From an uncultured Planctomycetaceae bacterium (GTDB lineage: Bacteria; Planctomycetota; Planctomycetia; Gemmatales; Gemmataceae): a DNA stretch of 64,000 bases. Location of the stretch: assembly GCA_937888715.1 (NCBI GenBank), contig CALARU010000158.1, positions 22,808 to 86,807 of the forward strand, written 5' to 3'. The position numbers were made by a program, and so were the translations under genes. The stretch's first letter is position 1, and the number at the start of each line of letters is the position of its first letter. This document shows, piece after piece, positions 53,315 to 63,538 of the stretch. Below the pieces are notes generated by a model. The model was not told the origin of the DNA and ran no database searches. It saw only the letters and a program-made list of their open reading frames with translations.

Positions 53315-54340
53315 TTAGGTTGGCCCCAATACAACGGTATACCGGTTGGATTGAATCCGGATACCGCCCGCAAGATGCACTTCAAAGCCATCAGCAGCCA
53401 TATTATGAGCAATTTTTTTCCATTGTTTATGATGAATGGCATCAATGGGCCATAATTCCCGGGCAAAGAGACTTCTAAGAAAAAGAGATAATTTCCAAGT
53501 AGGAAACTTAGATAACGCAAGCCTATCAAGCACAACCTGATCAAGAACCCTGGGCTTTTCAAGTTTCAGCCCGATTTTTCGTGCTAAGCGTTTTTCCAAA
53601 GAAGAGTACGCATGAATATGACCAGCAAGGCCTGAAAGAATGCCCTCAATGGCAGGCTGATATTCATTTTTCAACAGGGGCAGTAAATCGAGGCGGATTT
53701 TATTTCTTAGGAATCGAGTTTGTTGATTGCTCGGGTCTTCGCGCCAAACGATATTATTATCTCGCAAATATGCACAAATCTGTTCTTTGGAACAAAAAAG
53801 CACGGGCCTGCCTAATCCCACACCCCGAATTAAAGAGCGTTTTGGTTTAATGCCCGCCAACCCTTGAACTCCGGAACCACGCAATATGCGCATGAGAACT
53901 GTTTCTGCCTGATCATTGGAGGTATGCGCAGTAAACACCCAGTTAACCTTACTTTCGAGCGCAAGATCTGAGAACCAATTATATCGGGCGAGCCTAGCAT
54001 TTTTTTCCCAACTAGCACCAAGATTCAACTCATCAGGGTTCAACTTAAGCGTTTTAAAATCAACCGGAGTATCTGTTGCTTCCTGAAGTTTCTCGACAAA
54101 TAAGCGAACAAATGCCTCATCTGCATCATTTTCAGAACCCCTTGATGCATGATTAACATGTGCAACAATCAACTTCGAAACCGTCTCTTTTTTTATCTGG
54201 CAAGCAAGGGCGTGGGCCAAACCAATGCTATCAGATCCGCCTGATACTCCCACAATGATCCCTGGCTTCACATTCTTACAACTCGCAAGAAAATTCTTTA
54301 CCTCGAGGAGAACAGGCGAATTTGCAATGCGGGGCTTCAT
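53315..54340 (-). CDS. tilS: tRNA(Ile)-lysidine synthetase
   Basis: PP-loop VGVSGGSDS, VAHVNHASRG, NDQAETVLMRILRGSG. The ATG at 54340 lies 4 nt after the trpC stop; the ORF track's TTG at 54352 is less likely. Confidence 0.9.
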   Translation of the reverse strand: MKPRIANSPVLLEVKNFLASCKNVKPGIIVGVSGGSDSIGLAHALACQIKKETVSKLIVAHVNHASRGSENDADEAFVRLFVEKLQEATDTPVDFKTLKLNPDELNLGASWEKNARLARYNWFSDLALESKVNWVFTAHTSNDQAETVLMRILRGSGVQGLAGIKPKRSLIRGVGLGRPVLFCSKEQICAYLRDNNIVWREDPSNQQTRFLRNKIRLDLLPLLKNEYQPAIEGILSGLAGHIHAYSSLEKRLARKIGLKLEKPRVLDQVVLDRLALSKFPTWKLSLFLRSLFARELWPIDAIHHKQWKKIAHNMAADGFEVHLAGGIRIQSNRYTVVLGPT

Positions 54341-54344
54341 GCTT

Positions 54345-55130
54345 TTAATCAAGCCCCTTGAGTGTTTTTAATGTCGATGTAATATTTCCAGATCGCATGA
54401 AAGTTTCACCAACAAGAATTGCTTTCGCCCCAGCGCTCTTCAATTTTTCAACATCCTTATTAGTTTGAATCCCACTCTCACTGACCACTAAAAAACTCTT
54501 GGGAATCTTAGGCAGCAAGCCAAGCGTATGATCCAAACTTGTTACAAAAGTACGCAAATCCCGATTATTAATACCCACCAACCGGGTACCACTATCAAGA
54601 ACACGCGTTAAATGGCAGGCATCATAAAGCTCAACCAATGGCTCAAGGCCAAGTTTGATTGCCTCCCCCACAAGATGTTTTAAATCATCGCCTAGAAGAA
54701 CCTCTGCGATAAACAAAATAGCACTTGCCCCATGGATCTTCGCTTCCAGAAGTTGATAATAATCGATAACAAACTCTTTGCGCAAAAGAGGTGTTTTAAC
54801 AGTATCAGAAACGATTTGAAGATCGTTCAAGCTGCCTTGAAAAAAATGTTCATCTGTTAACACACTAATGCAATCAACTCCGCTGGATTCATATTCTTTG
54901 GCAATACTTGCAGGGCAGAAACTTTCTCGCAGAACACCTGCAGAGGGTGAAGCTTTTTTTATCTCAGCAATAACCCCAATTCCCTTGGCATTGGCAAGCG
55001 CATCATAAAAAGAACAGGGTTGCGGGACATTGCCCAAACGCTTTAAAAGCTCAGCTTCCGGAATGTTTTTCTTACCCAGAAAAACTTCTTCCTTCTTCCT
55101 TGCTACTATTTTGTCTAGAATTGTTTCCAT
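54345..55130 (-). CDS. trpC: indole-3-glycerol phosphate synthase
   Basis: ILDKIVARKKEEV, IAEIKKASPS, SVLTDEHFFQGS, LRKEFVIDYYQ, GINNRDL, ESGI. ATG at 55130 is preferred over the TTG at 55154. Confidence 0.93.
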   Translation of the reverse strand: METILDKIVARKKEEVFLGKKNIPEAELLKRLGNVPQPCSFYDALANAKGIGVIAEIKKASPSAGVLRESFCPASIAKEYESSGVDCISVLTDEHFFQGSLNDLQIVSDTVKTPLLRKEFVIDYYQLLEAKIHGASAILFIAEVLLGDDLKHLVGEAIKLGLEPLVELYDACHLTRVLDSGTRLVGINNRDLRTFVTSLDHTLGLLPKIPKSFLVVSESGIQTNKDVEKLKSAGAKAILVGETFMRSGNITSTLKTLKGLD

Positions 55131-55190
55131 GGTACTTTCCAAATTGGCTTTCAATTAACCTGATAGTTTCGCAATTACTTACATAACCCA

Positions 55191-56216
55191 ATGAACGATT
55201 CCTTAGATCATCTTACGAATTCAACCCACACAGGAAAAACTGGTTTTGAAAACCTTTCCCCAGCCAAGGTTACACTTTGCCTGTTATTGCTTTTACTTGC
55301 AGCATCTTTGGTCCCTTTTGTAATTCAGAAAAGCAATCTGCTAGAAAACCAATATGGCCTAGAAATGGTTGCTAAGTCGAAAGATTACACCAATCCTGAA
55401 GAATTCAAACTACTGCGAACCCGAATGGGTTTATGGACCTCCGGCCTAACATTGCCTCTTCTTGCAGTACTGTTCCCCTTTTTAATCATCAACTACACAG
55501 GATTAAACAAAAAGGAATTAGGCTGGAATAACTCTAACCTTCTATTTTCTATCCGACAAGCAATTCTGGGTGTCATCACTTTGATCCCAGCAGTTTATCT
55601 TCTTCAATTACTTATGGTTAAGATACAGCTTCTTCTTCCAGGCCAGCATATTGCAGATCACCCCCTAGCTCAACTGGGAGGAGAAAAGTTGATGGGTTTG
55701 GAATGGGTGATGATTTTCTGCTCTGCAGTAATTGGCGCCCCACTCCTTGAAGAGCAAATCTTCAGAGGGTTAATCCAACCGTGGATCATTGCAAAAAAGA
55801 ACGGGGTACTCATTACGATCTCCTGTGCAATTTTTCTGGGAGTAATTCAATTTAGCGATGATTGGTTTAAGGCTTTTTCACTGGCTTGTGGCGATAGGTC
55901 CATGGAAAATGATTCTCAATTGCAAATACATATAACTAAGGCTTTAGGGCCCTTACTTTTCAGCCTTTTAGTTTCGATTGTAATTATTATTATCAACAAG
56001 AAAAACAGGATCAATTCTGCAATTGGTGCAACTGCGCTGCTTTTTGGCATGATTCACGCTTTCGCATGGCCATCACCTGTGGGTTTAACTTTACTTGGCA
56101 TGGGTTTGGGCATGGCTTACGCAAAAACCGGAAATATCATTACACCAATATTTATTCACATGGGTTTTAATTGCCTAGCGTTTGGAATGCTGTTGCTTCA
56201 AACCACTAAGGCATAA
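55191..56216 (+). CDS. CPBP family intramembrane glutamic endopeptidase (CAAX protease-like)
   Basis: Multi-TM protein with the three CPBP motifs: LEEQIFRG (EExxxR), FGMIHAF (FxxxH), and IHMGFN (HxxxN). Confidence 0.85.
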   Translation: MNDSLDHLTNSTHTGKTGFENLSPAKVTLCLLLLLLAASLVPFVIQKSNLLENQYGLEMVAKSKDYTNPEEFKLLRTRMGLWTSGLTLPLLAVLFPFLIINYTGLNKKELGWNNSNLLFSIRQAILGVITLIPAVYLLQLLMVKIQLLLPGQHIADHPLAQLGGEKLMGLEWVMIFCSAVIGAPLLEEQIFRGLIQPWIIAKKNGVLITISCAIFLGVIQFSDDWFKAFSLACGDRSMENDSQLQIHITKALGPLLFSLLVSIVIIIINKKNRINSAIGATALLFGMIHAFAWPSPVGLTLLGMGLGMAYAKTGNIITPIFIHMGFNCLAFGMLLLQTTKA

Positions 56217-57288
56217 ACGGTAGTGAACAAGAAACAGCCGTTTGCTTTGTTCCCTCGCACTCAACTTCAAAACTCGTACCCAGCTCATGATTACCTCTGC
56301 GCAAATACCCCAAAGCAATATTCTGTTTTAAACTAGGCGAATAAACAGAAGAGGTCACCCGGCCAACTTCGTTGCCATCGCGAAAAACTAATGAGCCATG
56401 TTTGACGATATTTTTTTCTAGCAACATGCCAAATAATAATCGGTTCACCTGACCACGATCACGAGCCATAACAATGGGTTCCTGCCCCAGATAACAACCT
56501 TTTGTAGAACAAATAGCCTGCACGGCCCGATTTAACTCGGGAATAAAGGTGGTGTCTTCTATTTCTTTCCCTGCTTCAGGGTAACCTGCTTCCACACGCA
56601 AAATATCCAAGGCTTCTGTTCCCCCGGGTATTGCGTGGTGAGAAATCAAAGCTTTCCAAACCTGAACCGACCTGCTTTTCAAACAAACGATTTCATAAGC
56701 AGGAACATTAAAATCAGGTTCAAAGCGAATCTGGCAAGATCCCGCAGTTTCCAAAGATCTAACCAAAAACTGATGTATTCCCAATTCAGGAAGTTCTTCT
56801 TGAATCAATTTTGATATCAACTCTTTTGATTTTGGGCCCATCACAAGAAACTGTGCGTAATCAGCAGTTCGATCTGCAAACGCAACTTGTTCACTAATTA
56901 GGTAATGGTCTAGATGTTGTTCAATTTTACGATTCTGATCCGGTGCGCCATCCAACCAATAAGCATGCCTACCATCGGCAAGTTGTATGTGATAAACTCG
57001 AATATGAGCAACAGCCTTGGCCTTGGCAGTGGTAAGAAAAGCCTCGCATCCGCCACCTAAAGGCAAATCCGCAACCTGATTGGTACAAATATTATTCAAG
57101 AAAGCCGGAACATCAGGGCCAGTCATTTCGATTTTAGAACGATTCGAAATATCAAAGGCAACAACATCACTTCTAGCAGCAGCATACTCTTTTTGAATAT
57201 CACCAAAAGACAAAGGTGGACAAGTTTCTGCGCCATATATTGCGCCCTGAGACAACATTAAATCCACAAGGCTTTTGTTTTGTTCCAT
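56206..57288 (-). CDS. YgfZ/CAF17-type folate-binding protein (GcvT-like aminomethyltransferase fold)
   Basis: GcvT-like N-terminal pattern (AFDISNRSKIEMTGPDVPAFLNNICTNQV) and the COG0354 hallmark KGCYLGQE. Confidence 0.8.
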   Translation of the reverse strand: MEQNKSLVDLMLSQGAIYGAETCPPLSFGDIQKEYAAARSDVVAFDISNRSKIEMTGPDVPAFLNNICTNQVADLPLGGGCEAFLTTAKAKAVAHIRVYHIQLADGRHAYWLDGAPDQNRKIEQHLDHYLISEQVAFADRTADYAQFLVMGPKSKELISKLIQEELPELGIHQFLVRSLETAGSCQIRFEPDFNVPAYEIVCLKSRSVQVWKALISHHAIPGGTEALDILRVEAGYPEAGKEIEDTTFIPELNRAVQAICSTKGCYLGQEPIVMARDRGQVNRLLFGMLLEKNIVKHGSLVFRDGNEVGRVTSSVYSPSLKQNIALGYLRRGNHELGTSFEVECEGTKQTAVSCSLPFMP

Positions 57289-57317
57289 TTTTACAACTCT
57301 CTTTTTAAAAAATCCAT

Positions 57318-58517
57318 CTATCGCTTCTTCAAATTAATATAAGACTTATGGGCATCGCGAATGATGGCGACTCCATCTGCATTTGCACCTAGATCGCAAA
57401 GTTCTTGGGCGGAACGAAGAGGCAATGCAAGCAATCTGCCAATATCGTCTTTCCCATCAAAAGTTGAAACATAAACTTTGCACTGAGAAGCAGAATCAAC
57501 CCAATGCTTGATTAAATGTGGAGGGACCAATGAAAAAGCGGCCTCGCTTTTTCCTATAGATTTCATTTCGAGTTGTTTTTTAATATCGCTTAGATTGAAT
57601 TCTGCCTGAGCGAGCAAAACGATCACACCATTTTTCTTTACAACGCGCCTTGCACAAACAAGCGCCCTGCACAATTGAACAAATCCGATTTTCTCGTCAG
57701 GCCCACCTACTAAGGCAATTACCAGACCAAATGTGTTTAAGGTATCTTGCTTCCAGATCTCATCTAATTTTTTCTCTGCAAATCTATTTGCTTCATCCGC
57801 CCCTGCAAATATTTCTGCAACGCCTCCATTTGAACCTTCTAATACTTGAACGAAATAAGGTGCACCCAACAACCATGTAACCTTGAGGGCTTGCTGTTTC
57901 CCTAAATCAGAATTTGTATCTTCGCCCAGCACTTCTTTCGAGCAGGCGGAAATTACCTCAGCGTTTGCAAGCGCAGGAAACAAATCGGCTTCAGCTCCGC
58001 AAATTCCAAAGTACGGATCGTATTGTCTTTTGCCCAAAACAACAATCTGGTCGGCTTCAATTATAGTCCGGTTCAAATGCAGTTTCCCGATCTCTTCGGA
58101 AGAAGTCAAAAACGCATGGCTTTTTTTATTATCCGGATTATGCACTTCGATTTTAATTTCATCGAAATCATCAGGCAGATTATCAACCCAAGAATCCGAA
58201 TTCGTACAGGCAAGGCAAACTAGTGTTACATTTTCCATTGCAACCCCAGCCCCCGCAATATGCTCTAGCACTGCAACAAGGATTTCAAGAAAACCGTTAA
58301 ATTGATCAACCAATACAATTGCCAAGCGATCGTCCGGGGTAACGGCCCGCTTTAATTCAGGGTACCCAACTGGCTGGGATAATGCTTTTCGAATTAATTC
58401 CGGGATATTAGGTTGGGGTATTTTCAAATTAGGCGAGAACTCGCAGACAATTTGCTCCTTGCGCAACTTGAATTCCCATACTTTAGAACCGAATGCCAAA
58501 CTAAATTCCTTCATCAT
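57318..58517 (-). CDS. DUF2088 / LarA-N-terminal-like domain protein
   Basis: Start at the internal ATG pair (MMKEFSL...). The N-terminal layout (ALSQPVGYPELKRAVTPDDRLAIVLVD..., ...NVTLVCLA) resembles the lactate-racemase N-terminal domain. The assignment rests on pattern memory only. Confidence 0.55.
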   Translation of the reverse strand: MMKEFSLAFGSKVWEFKLRKEQIVCEFSPNLKIPQPNIPELIRKALSQPVGYPELKRAVTPDDRLAIVLVDQFNGFLEILVAVLEHIAGAGVAMENVTLVCLACTNSDSWVDNLPDDFDEIKIEVHNPDNKKSHAFLTSSEEIGKLHLNRTIIEADQIVVLGKRQYDPYFGICGAEADLFPALANAEVISACSKEVLGEDTNSDLGKQQALKVTWLLGAPYFVQVLEGSNGGVAEIFAGADEANRFAEKKLDEIWKQDTLNTFGLVIALVGGPDEKIGFVQLCRALVCARRVVKKNGVIVLLAQAEFNLSDIKKQLEMKSIGKSEAAFSLVPPHLIKHWVDSASQCKVYVSTFDGKDDIGRLLALPLRSAQELCDLGANADGVAIIRDAHKSYINLKKR

Positions 58518-58721
58518 TCTTTCCTGCAAGTCGCCAATAAAGCAGCATTGAACACACCAATATATAATAGAACAAATGGACAAAAAGGCGTATGCTAGTT
58601 AATAATGGTTAGTTTGGTTATCAAAACAGGCTTTTCTAGGTAGGATAATTTTGTTGGTTGCTGATTTAAAAGCTCAACTTAAAATGGTCTATAATGGTAT
58701 TGCTGAGTGAAGGAACAAATA

Positions 58722-59375
58722 ATGTCTGATGAAATTGCTGCATTAAAAGAAGAAAACGAACAATTAAAAAAGTTATGTTTAGAGTTGGATCAAGCACTTA
58801 CCAATTCAAACCTTTCGGGGAACATGAACCACTCTTTTGCAACCCCCATACCCGAAAGCGAACTCGAACAACTTTTAGAAGAAAAATCTGAAACCATCAG
58901 GAAACTACATACAGAAAATCTCGAATACCAGAAGGTTATCACCGAACTGGAAGACAGGTTATATGGGCCGGGGGGAACAGACCTAGTAAATGAAAACCCA
59001 CAACAAAAAACAGGGGGGAATGAGATTTCCGCAAGTATCGGTGAATTAGAAAGCAAGAAAGAGGCCTTGGCAAAAGAAATCATACTGATGGAAAAACAAT
59101 TGTGCGATGAAGAAATACGCGCCAGCAGGGAAAGAGCAGAGATGGCTAGGCAGAAATATGATTTGGAAAGATTAAAGGCTGATCTAGAAATTGAAATCGA
59201 AAAGCACGCCAAGGATACATCCCTAAAAACCAAAATCAATTCCATAAAATCTAGGCTGCATAATGCAGGCACTGAACCACTCAGGGGCCTAAAACCCGAA
59301 TCTGATGCAACGCCTGCCATCACGCCGCCAGCGCAATCGAAAAGCATATTCGGCAAACTATTTGGCGGGAAGTAA
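58722..59375 (+). CDS. coiled-coil protein, function unknown
   Basis: ATG at 58722 with a GAAGGA RBS. Glu/Lys/Leu-rich heptad-like sequence (IAALKEENEQLKKLCLELDQAL; EALAKEIILMEKQL; LERLKADLEIEIEKH). Confidence 0.6.
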   Translation: MSDEIAALKEENEQLKKLCLELDQALTNSNLSGNMNHSFATPIPESELEQLLEEKSETIRKLHTENLEYQKVITELEDRLYGPGGTDLVNENPQQKTGGNEISASIGELESKKEALAKEIILMEKQLCDEEIRASRERAEMARQKYDLERLKADLEIEIEKHAKDTSLKTKINSIKSRLHNAGTEPLRGLKPESDATPAITPPAQSKSIFGKLFGGK

Positions 59376-59384
59376 CAACAACAA

Positions 59385-61319
59385 TCAGTCAAGCTTGACT
59401 GGGATTTTTATTTTCTTACCATCCCGATCGACCCCAACTTGGATTGTTGTTCCTTTTTTCTCACCTGCCATGATTTGCATGTAAGTTTCAATATTGCCCA
59501 CTTTTTTACCACTGATTTCCATAATCCGATCACCTTTTTTAATACCAGCCTTGGCAGCAGGATCACCATCGGAAACCCCTTCAACAAGGACGCCCTCTTT
59601 TTCATCAGAGTAACCAGGGCGAATCCCCATCCTAGGCATATCACCCGCAGGTCTTGGTGAAGTTCCACCTTTAACCTCGATAAAAACAGGCTTTTTCTCT
59701 ACCAGTGTTAAATCCACTGCTATTTTTTCAACAAGCCCCACAACTTTTAACAAACCATCAAGGTTGATTTTTTCAGCAGTATCCAAGGGAGTATGATACT
59801 CGGGGTGGACACCCGTCCAGAAAAAGAGAACAGGAATTTTCTTATCGCAAAATGATGCATGATCGCTTGGCCCGAACCCACTTTTTTTCTTTACAAACGC
59901 AAACCGACCATCTGCGTTCTTCTTATCCAGAAGAGGTTCAAAAATTTCTGCAGTTCCGGTCCCCTCAAGAAGGACTTTGTCTTTCTTCGTAATGGCATCC
60001 TGCGAAAGCCTGCCAATCATGTCAAGGTTCACCATTGCAGCGATTTCGTTGATGGGAATCAAAGGATTTTTGACAAAATGGGCAGAGCCAAAAAGCCCCA
60101 ATTCTTCACCACTAAAAGCCATGAAGAGAATCTTTCTTCCCTGCCTGTTTTTAATAGAAGAAAACCTACGAACCAACTCAAGCATACCTGTGGTACCTGA
60201 ACCGTTATCATCCGCACCGTGATGAATAGCAAGCTTCTTTTGAGCAGATAAACTGCCTGCGCCACCGTAGCCCAGATGATCATAATGGGCACCAATCACA
60301 ATAGTTTCATTAGCTAAAGGGCCATTGCCTTCCAAAACCCCAGCAATATTTTTCAAGGCAACAACATCTTTACCACGGGTAAGCTTAACTTCCAAATCTG
60401 CTGTAATTGAGTCAAGACTTGCACTTTGAGAAACCATTTCGTCTTCGATCAATTTTTGAGTTTGGTCAAGTGATTTACCAGTAATTGAAGTGAGCAATTC
60501 ATCAGCGCGAGATCTGGAAAAATGAAGCGCGGGAATTTTCCCCGGGGCCCTTGCAAGGGCAGTGTAATTGAACGGAAGAAGGCTATCAGAAGTATCCTTT
60601 GCGGTATCACGATCGTTAACAAAAAGAACAGCTAAAGCTCCGTGCTTTTCTGCATTTAAAATCTTTTCTGTAAAGGAAGCCAACTGTCTTTTTTTACCGT
60701 TCGAATCAAAAATCTTGGTTTCTTCCTTGAATTTAGGGGCATTCCGAAGAACCATAACTATTTTGCCCTTAGCGTCAATTTTCGCATAGTCATCATATTT
60801 CTTCCCGTCATCCACAGTCATTCCAAACCCTGCAAAAACAAGCGTAGCATTGGCTTTACCAGCTTGGGAAAGGCCCATGGCTTCAAAATCTTTGCCAACT
60901 TCTAGGGTAACTGTTTTATCTTGTTTCTTGGATGCTTCGTTTCGATGTGAAAACTTAAAGCGCCGATTTTTGATCTGGGTATCAGACTGCACATTTTTAG
61001 AATTGATTACCAGCTTTGGTTTTTCATCAAGCTTGGCACCCGAAATACTGAATGGTTGAAAGTAAGAACCATCCTTACCCAAAGGTTTAAGGCCAGCATC
61101 CTTAAATTGCTGACTGATGTAATCTGCAGCAAGATCTAAGCCCTTGGTTAAAGGCCCCCTACCCTCACAGTTATCAGAGGCTAGAAAGAAAATATCTTTT
61201 TTGACCCGTTCAAAAGAAGCACTTTTCTCATTGCTTTTGTCCGCCCCAGACACAGGCAGCAACAGCATGAAAAACATTAGAGATAGCAACACAGCACTGA
61301 AAATAGTTTTAATATTCAT
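59385..61319 (-). CDS. M28 family metallopeptidase with a PA (protease-associated) insert and a C-terminal PDZ domain, secreted
   Basis: ATG at 61319 gives the signal peptide MNIKTIFSAVLLSLMFFMLLLPVSGA. HYDHLG, GADDNGSGTTGMLEL, FSGEELGLFGS, and SDH are zinc-ligand regions. C-terminal PDZ-like GVLVEGVSDGDPAAKAGIKKGDRIMEISGKKV. Confidence 0.88.
   Translation of the reverse strand: MNIKTIFSAVLLSLMFFMLLLPVSGADKSNEKSASFERVKKDIFFLASDNCEGRGPLTKGLDLAADYISQQFKDAGLKPLGKDGSYFQPFSISGAKLDEKPKLVINSKNVQSDTQIKNRRFKFSHRNEASKKQDKTVTLEVGKDFEAMGLSQAGKANATLVFAGFGMTVDDGKKYDDYAKIDAKGKIVMVLRNAPKFKEETKIFDSNGKKRQLASFTEKILNAEKHGALAVLFVNDRDTAKDTSDSLLPFNYTALARAPGKIPALHFSRSRADELLTSITGKSLDQTQKLIEDEMVSQSASLDSITADLEVKLTRGKDVVALKNIAGVLEGNGPLANETIVIGAHYDHLGYGGAGSLSAQKKLAIHHGADDNGSGTTGMLELVRRFSSIKNRQGRKILFMAFSGEELGLFGSAHFVKNPLIPINEIAAMVNLDMIGRLSQDAITKKDKVLLEGTGTAEIFEPLLDKKNADGRFAFVKKKSGFGPSDHASFCDKKIPVLFFWTGVHPEYHTPLDTAEKINLDGLLKVVGLVEKIAVDLTLVEKKPVFIEVKGGTSPRPAGDMPRMGIRPGYSDEKEGVLVEGVSDGDPAAKAGIKKGDRIMEISGKKVGNIETYMQIMAGEKKGTTIQVGVDRDGKKIKIPVKLD
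59386..59401. repeat. perfect 16-bp palindrome at the convergent gene junction
   Basis: CAGTCAAGCTTGACTG is its own reverse complement. It overlaps the last codons of the M28 peptidase (59385 is the first base of that gene's stop codon) and lies 11 nt after the coiled-coil gene's stop. Confidence 0.9.
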
Positions 61320-61392
61320 GTTTAATAAATCCTTAAAAAATACAACACAATCTAATGACAATATTATTTTAGCTACTTGGTAAGCGCAAACA

Positions 61393-63363
61393 CTAACCGA
61401 TAATAATTCTTGGCTGTTTTTCGGGATTTGGTTGTGCCTTGGACACAAGTTCTTTCACCATCCAAGGAACATTTCCCTCGCCAAACAAAAGAAAACTTAA
61501 ATTCGCAGAAAGGGTGCTTTCATCAGACCAGCCAAAATGAATTTCAGGAGGGCTGCCAAATTTACTTAGTTCAAGGGCAATAGCAGCAATCACATGGGAA
61601 ATCGAAGAACATCGTGAGACTTTCAAGATAAAGCGGTCATCATATTGCTCAACTTCAAGCAGAGGTTGTTGGTAAAACTCGCTGGTATCTCCGCGGGAAA
61701 CTTCAAGGAATAAAATCGGAACTTCAGGTCCGATGCGATGTTCTTTCCGAATAATCGCTTCTTTGATAAGCAATTCTCTGCGACCTGGCCGGTGTGGCAC
61801 AAGCACTGGAAATTCAAGATGTTCTAGAGTCTCCCAAAGAAATCTTGAATGATCATCAACAAATTCAAATCCCAAAAACCGAAGTTCGGTTGATCTTAAC
61901 AACCTTGAAACAAACGACGAGATAAAAATGGCACCAATGAAGAACGCACCAATTTTCATACCTTCGGGTTTCTCAATGATTACCGCAAAAGCTGTATAGG
62001 CAAAAGATACCGTAACCAATGAAAAATACCACGGAACACGAAACACAAACGCCCCCGTGCGGGAACGATAAACCTCAATCACCGACGCAATGCATGCGCT
62101 TAAAATCAACATCAATACACCAGTGGCATAGGCCCCTCCCTGAGCGCTGACATCTGCATTGAAAACCCAAGTCACCAACAGGTTCACAAACGTAAAAAGA
62201 ATTACCATTGGTCTGACTGCCCGCGACCACTCAGGCGCCATGCCATAGCGTGGCAGATACTGTGGCACAAGATTAATCAGAGCAGCCATGGCGCTGGCCC
62301 CTGCGAACCAAAGAATTGAAACAGTACTAAGGTCATACAAGGTTCCAAAGACTGAACCAAAAGGAAAAGAATCAATACTAGGGCTTTCGCCATGGGCAAG
62401 AAAAGATAAAGCTCTGTCTTTTGCAGAAGCTCCAGTCATACCTGAGGCCGCAACCAGACTTTCCGCAGGGATCAGGGTGCTTACAACTAAGGATGAACTG
62501 ATAAGAAAAAAAGACATGATCATGCCGGCGGTTAGTAATAGCTTTTTCGTATTTCGAATTCTACCTTTGGGATTATCGGGGGTATCGGATTCATCCCCTT
62601 TAATAATCCCCATAATTGCAATGCCAGTTTCAAATCCGCTAAGCCCAAGGGCAAGTTTTGGGAATAATAAAAGTGAAAGAACAATAATTGCTGCGATTCC
62701 CGAGAAGGGCAAATGCGGTGCATCCACCAAATGCCAATGCTCGCCCCCCAACTCCACATCCTTTAGCCAAAGAGCAAAATACTCTGGGTGTTGGATTAGA
62801 TGAATCAAGCAAGTGCCAATAATAATCAGGTTCAAAATCATGTAAACAATGACGATTACTACCGCCACGCCAATCACTTCAGCAAATCCCCGCAAAAACA
62901 TGGAACCTAGTAATACCAATAAACCCATGGTCAACAACAAGCGCTGTTTGTCGTGGCCTAAAGATTCAGAGCCAAAAGGCCAGAACGAGTTAGAAATAAC
63001 ATGCTCTGCGGCATCAGCAGCAGAAAGTGTTTTAGTAATAACGAAGTCGGTAGCTGCAAAACCAAGGAGAGTCATAACCAAAGCCTTGCCCACCCAACCA
63101 TGCAGCAACTTTTCAAGCATCCCGATAGAGCCTAAACCCCGGAATGATTTACTAGCCACATAGGAATAGACCGGAAAAGCGCCAAAAAGAGTTACGAGAA
63201 CAACAACAAGAGTTGCAAACGGTGACAGTTTGCCTGCCGCTTCGTAGGCAATTGAAGGTTGGTAACCAAGTGTACTGAAGTAATCCACCCCGGTAAGACA
63301 CATCGCCCACAACCAAAAAGTCTGATGACTTTTTGCATGCTGCGATTGACTGGGATCGCTCAT
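61393..63363 (-). CDS. polytopic membrane transporter-like protein (APC-superfamily-like core) with a cytoplasmic C-terminal domain of about 190 aa
   Basis: Start at the internal ATG at 63363 (MSDPSQSQHAK...). About 12 hydrophobic segments are followed by a soluble tail. The family assignment is tentative. Confidence 0.6.
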   Translation of the reverse strand: MSDPSQSQHAKSHQTFWLWAMCLTGVDYFSTLGYQPSIAYEAAGKLSPFATLVVVLVTLFGAFPVYSYVASKSFRGLGSIGMLEKLLHGWVGKALVMTLLGFAATDFVITKTLSAADAAEHVISNSFWPFGSESLGHDKQRLLLTMGLLVLLGSMFLRGFAEVIGVAVVIVIVYMILNLIIIGTCLIHLIQHPEYFALWLKDVELGGEHWHLVDAPHLPFSGIAAIIVLSLLLFPKLALGLSGFETGIAIMGIIKGDESDTPDNPKGRIRNTKKLLLTAGMIMSFFLISSSLVVSTLIPAESLVAASGMTGASAKDRALSFLAHGESPSIDSFPFGSVFGTLYDLSTVSILWFAGASAMAALINLVPQYLPRYGMAPEWSRAVRPMVILFTFVNLLVTWVFNADVSAQGGAYATGVLMLILSACIASVIEVYRSRTGAFVFRVPWYFSLVTVSFAYTAFAVIIEKPEGMKIGAFFIGAIFISSFVSRLLRSTELRFLGFEFVDDHSRFLWETLEHLEFPVLVPHRPGRRELLIKEAIIRKEHRIGPEVPILFLEVSRGDTSEFYQQPLLEVEQYDDRFILKVSRCSSISHVIAAIALELSKFGSPPEIHFGWSDESTLSANLSFLLFGEGNVPWMVKELVSKAQPNPEKQPRIIIG

Positions 63364-63538
63364 CCTTAAACCCCAAAATTGAAAAAGAGCCAATGATGGC
63401 TCTACATAAAGTTTTATTTTATTCGTTTTGAGGTCATTCCAATAAAAGATCTTCCAATTTCCTTGAACCAAACTATTTTTGTTGGTATAAAGCCATTCAT
63501 AACAAGAGCTTACAATCTTTTTTTTCGGAGAGATATTA

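Noticed and set aside
58790-59392. 200-aa minus-strand ORF covering the coiled-coil gene.
   Set aside because: It is Ser/Phe/Leu/Cys-rich and low-complexity, mirroring the GAA/AAG-rich sense strand. It has no RBS and overlaps the M28 gene's end. It is a typical antisense shadow ORF.
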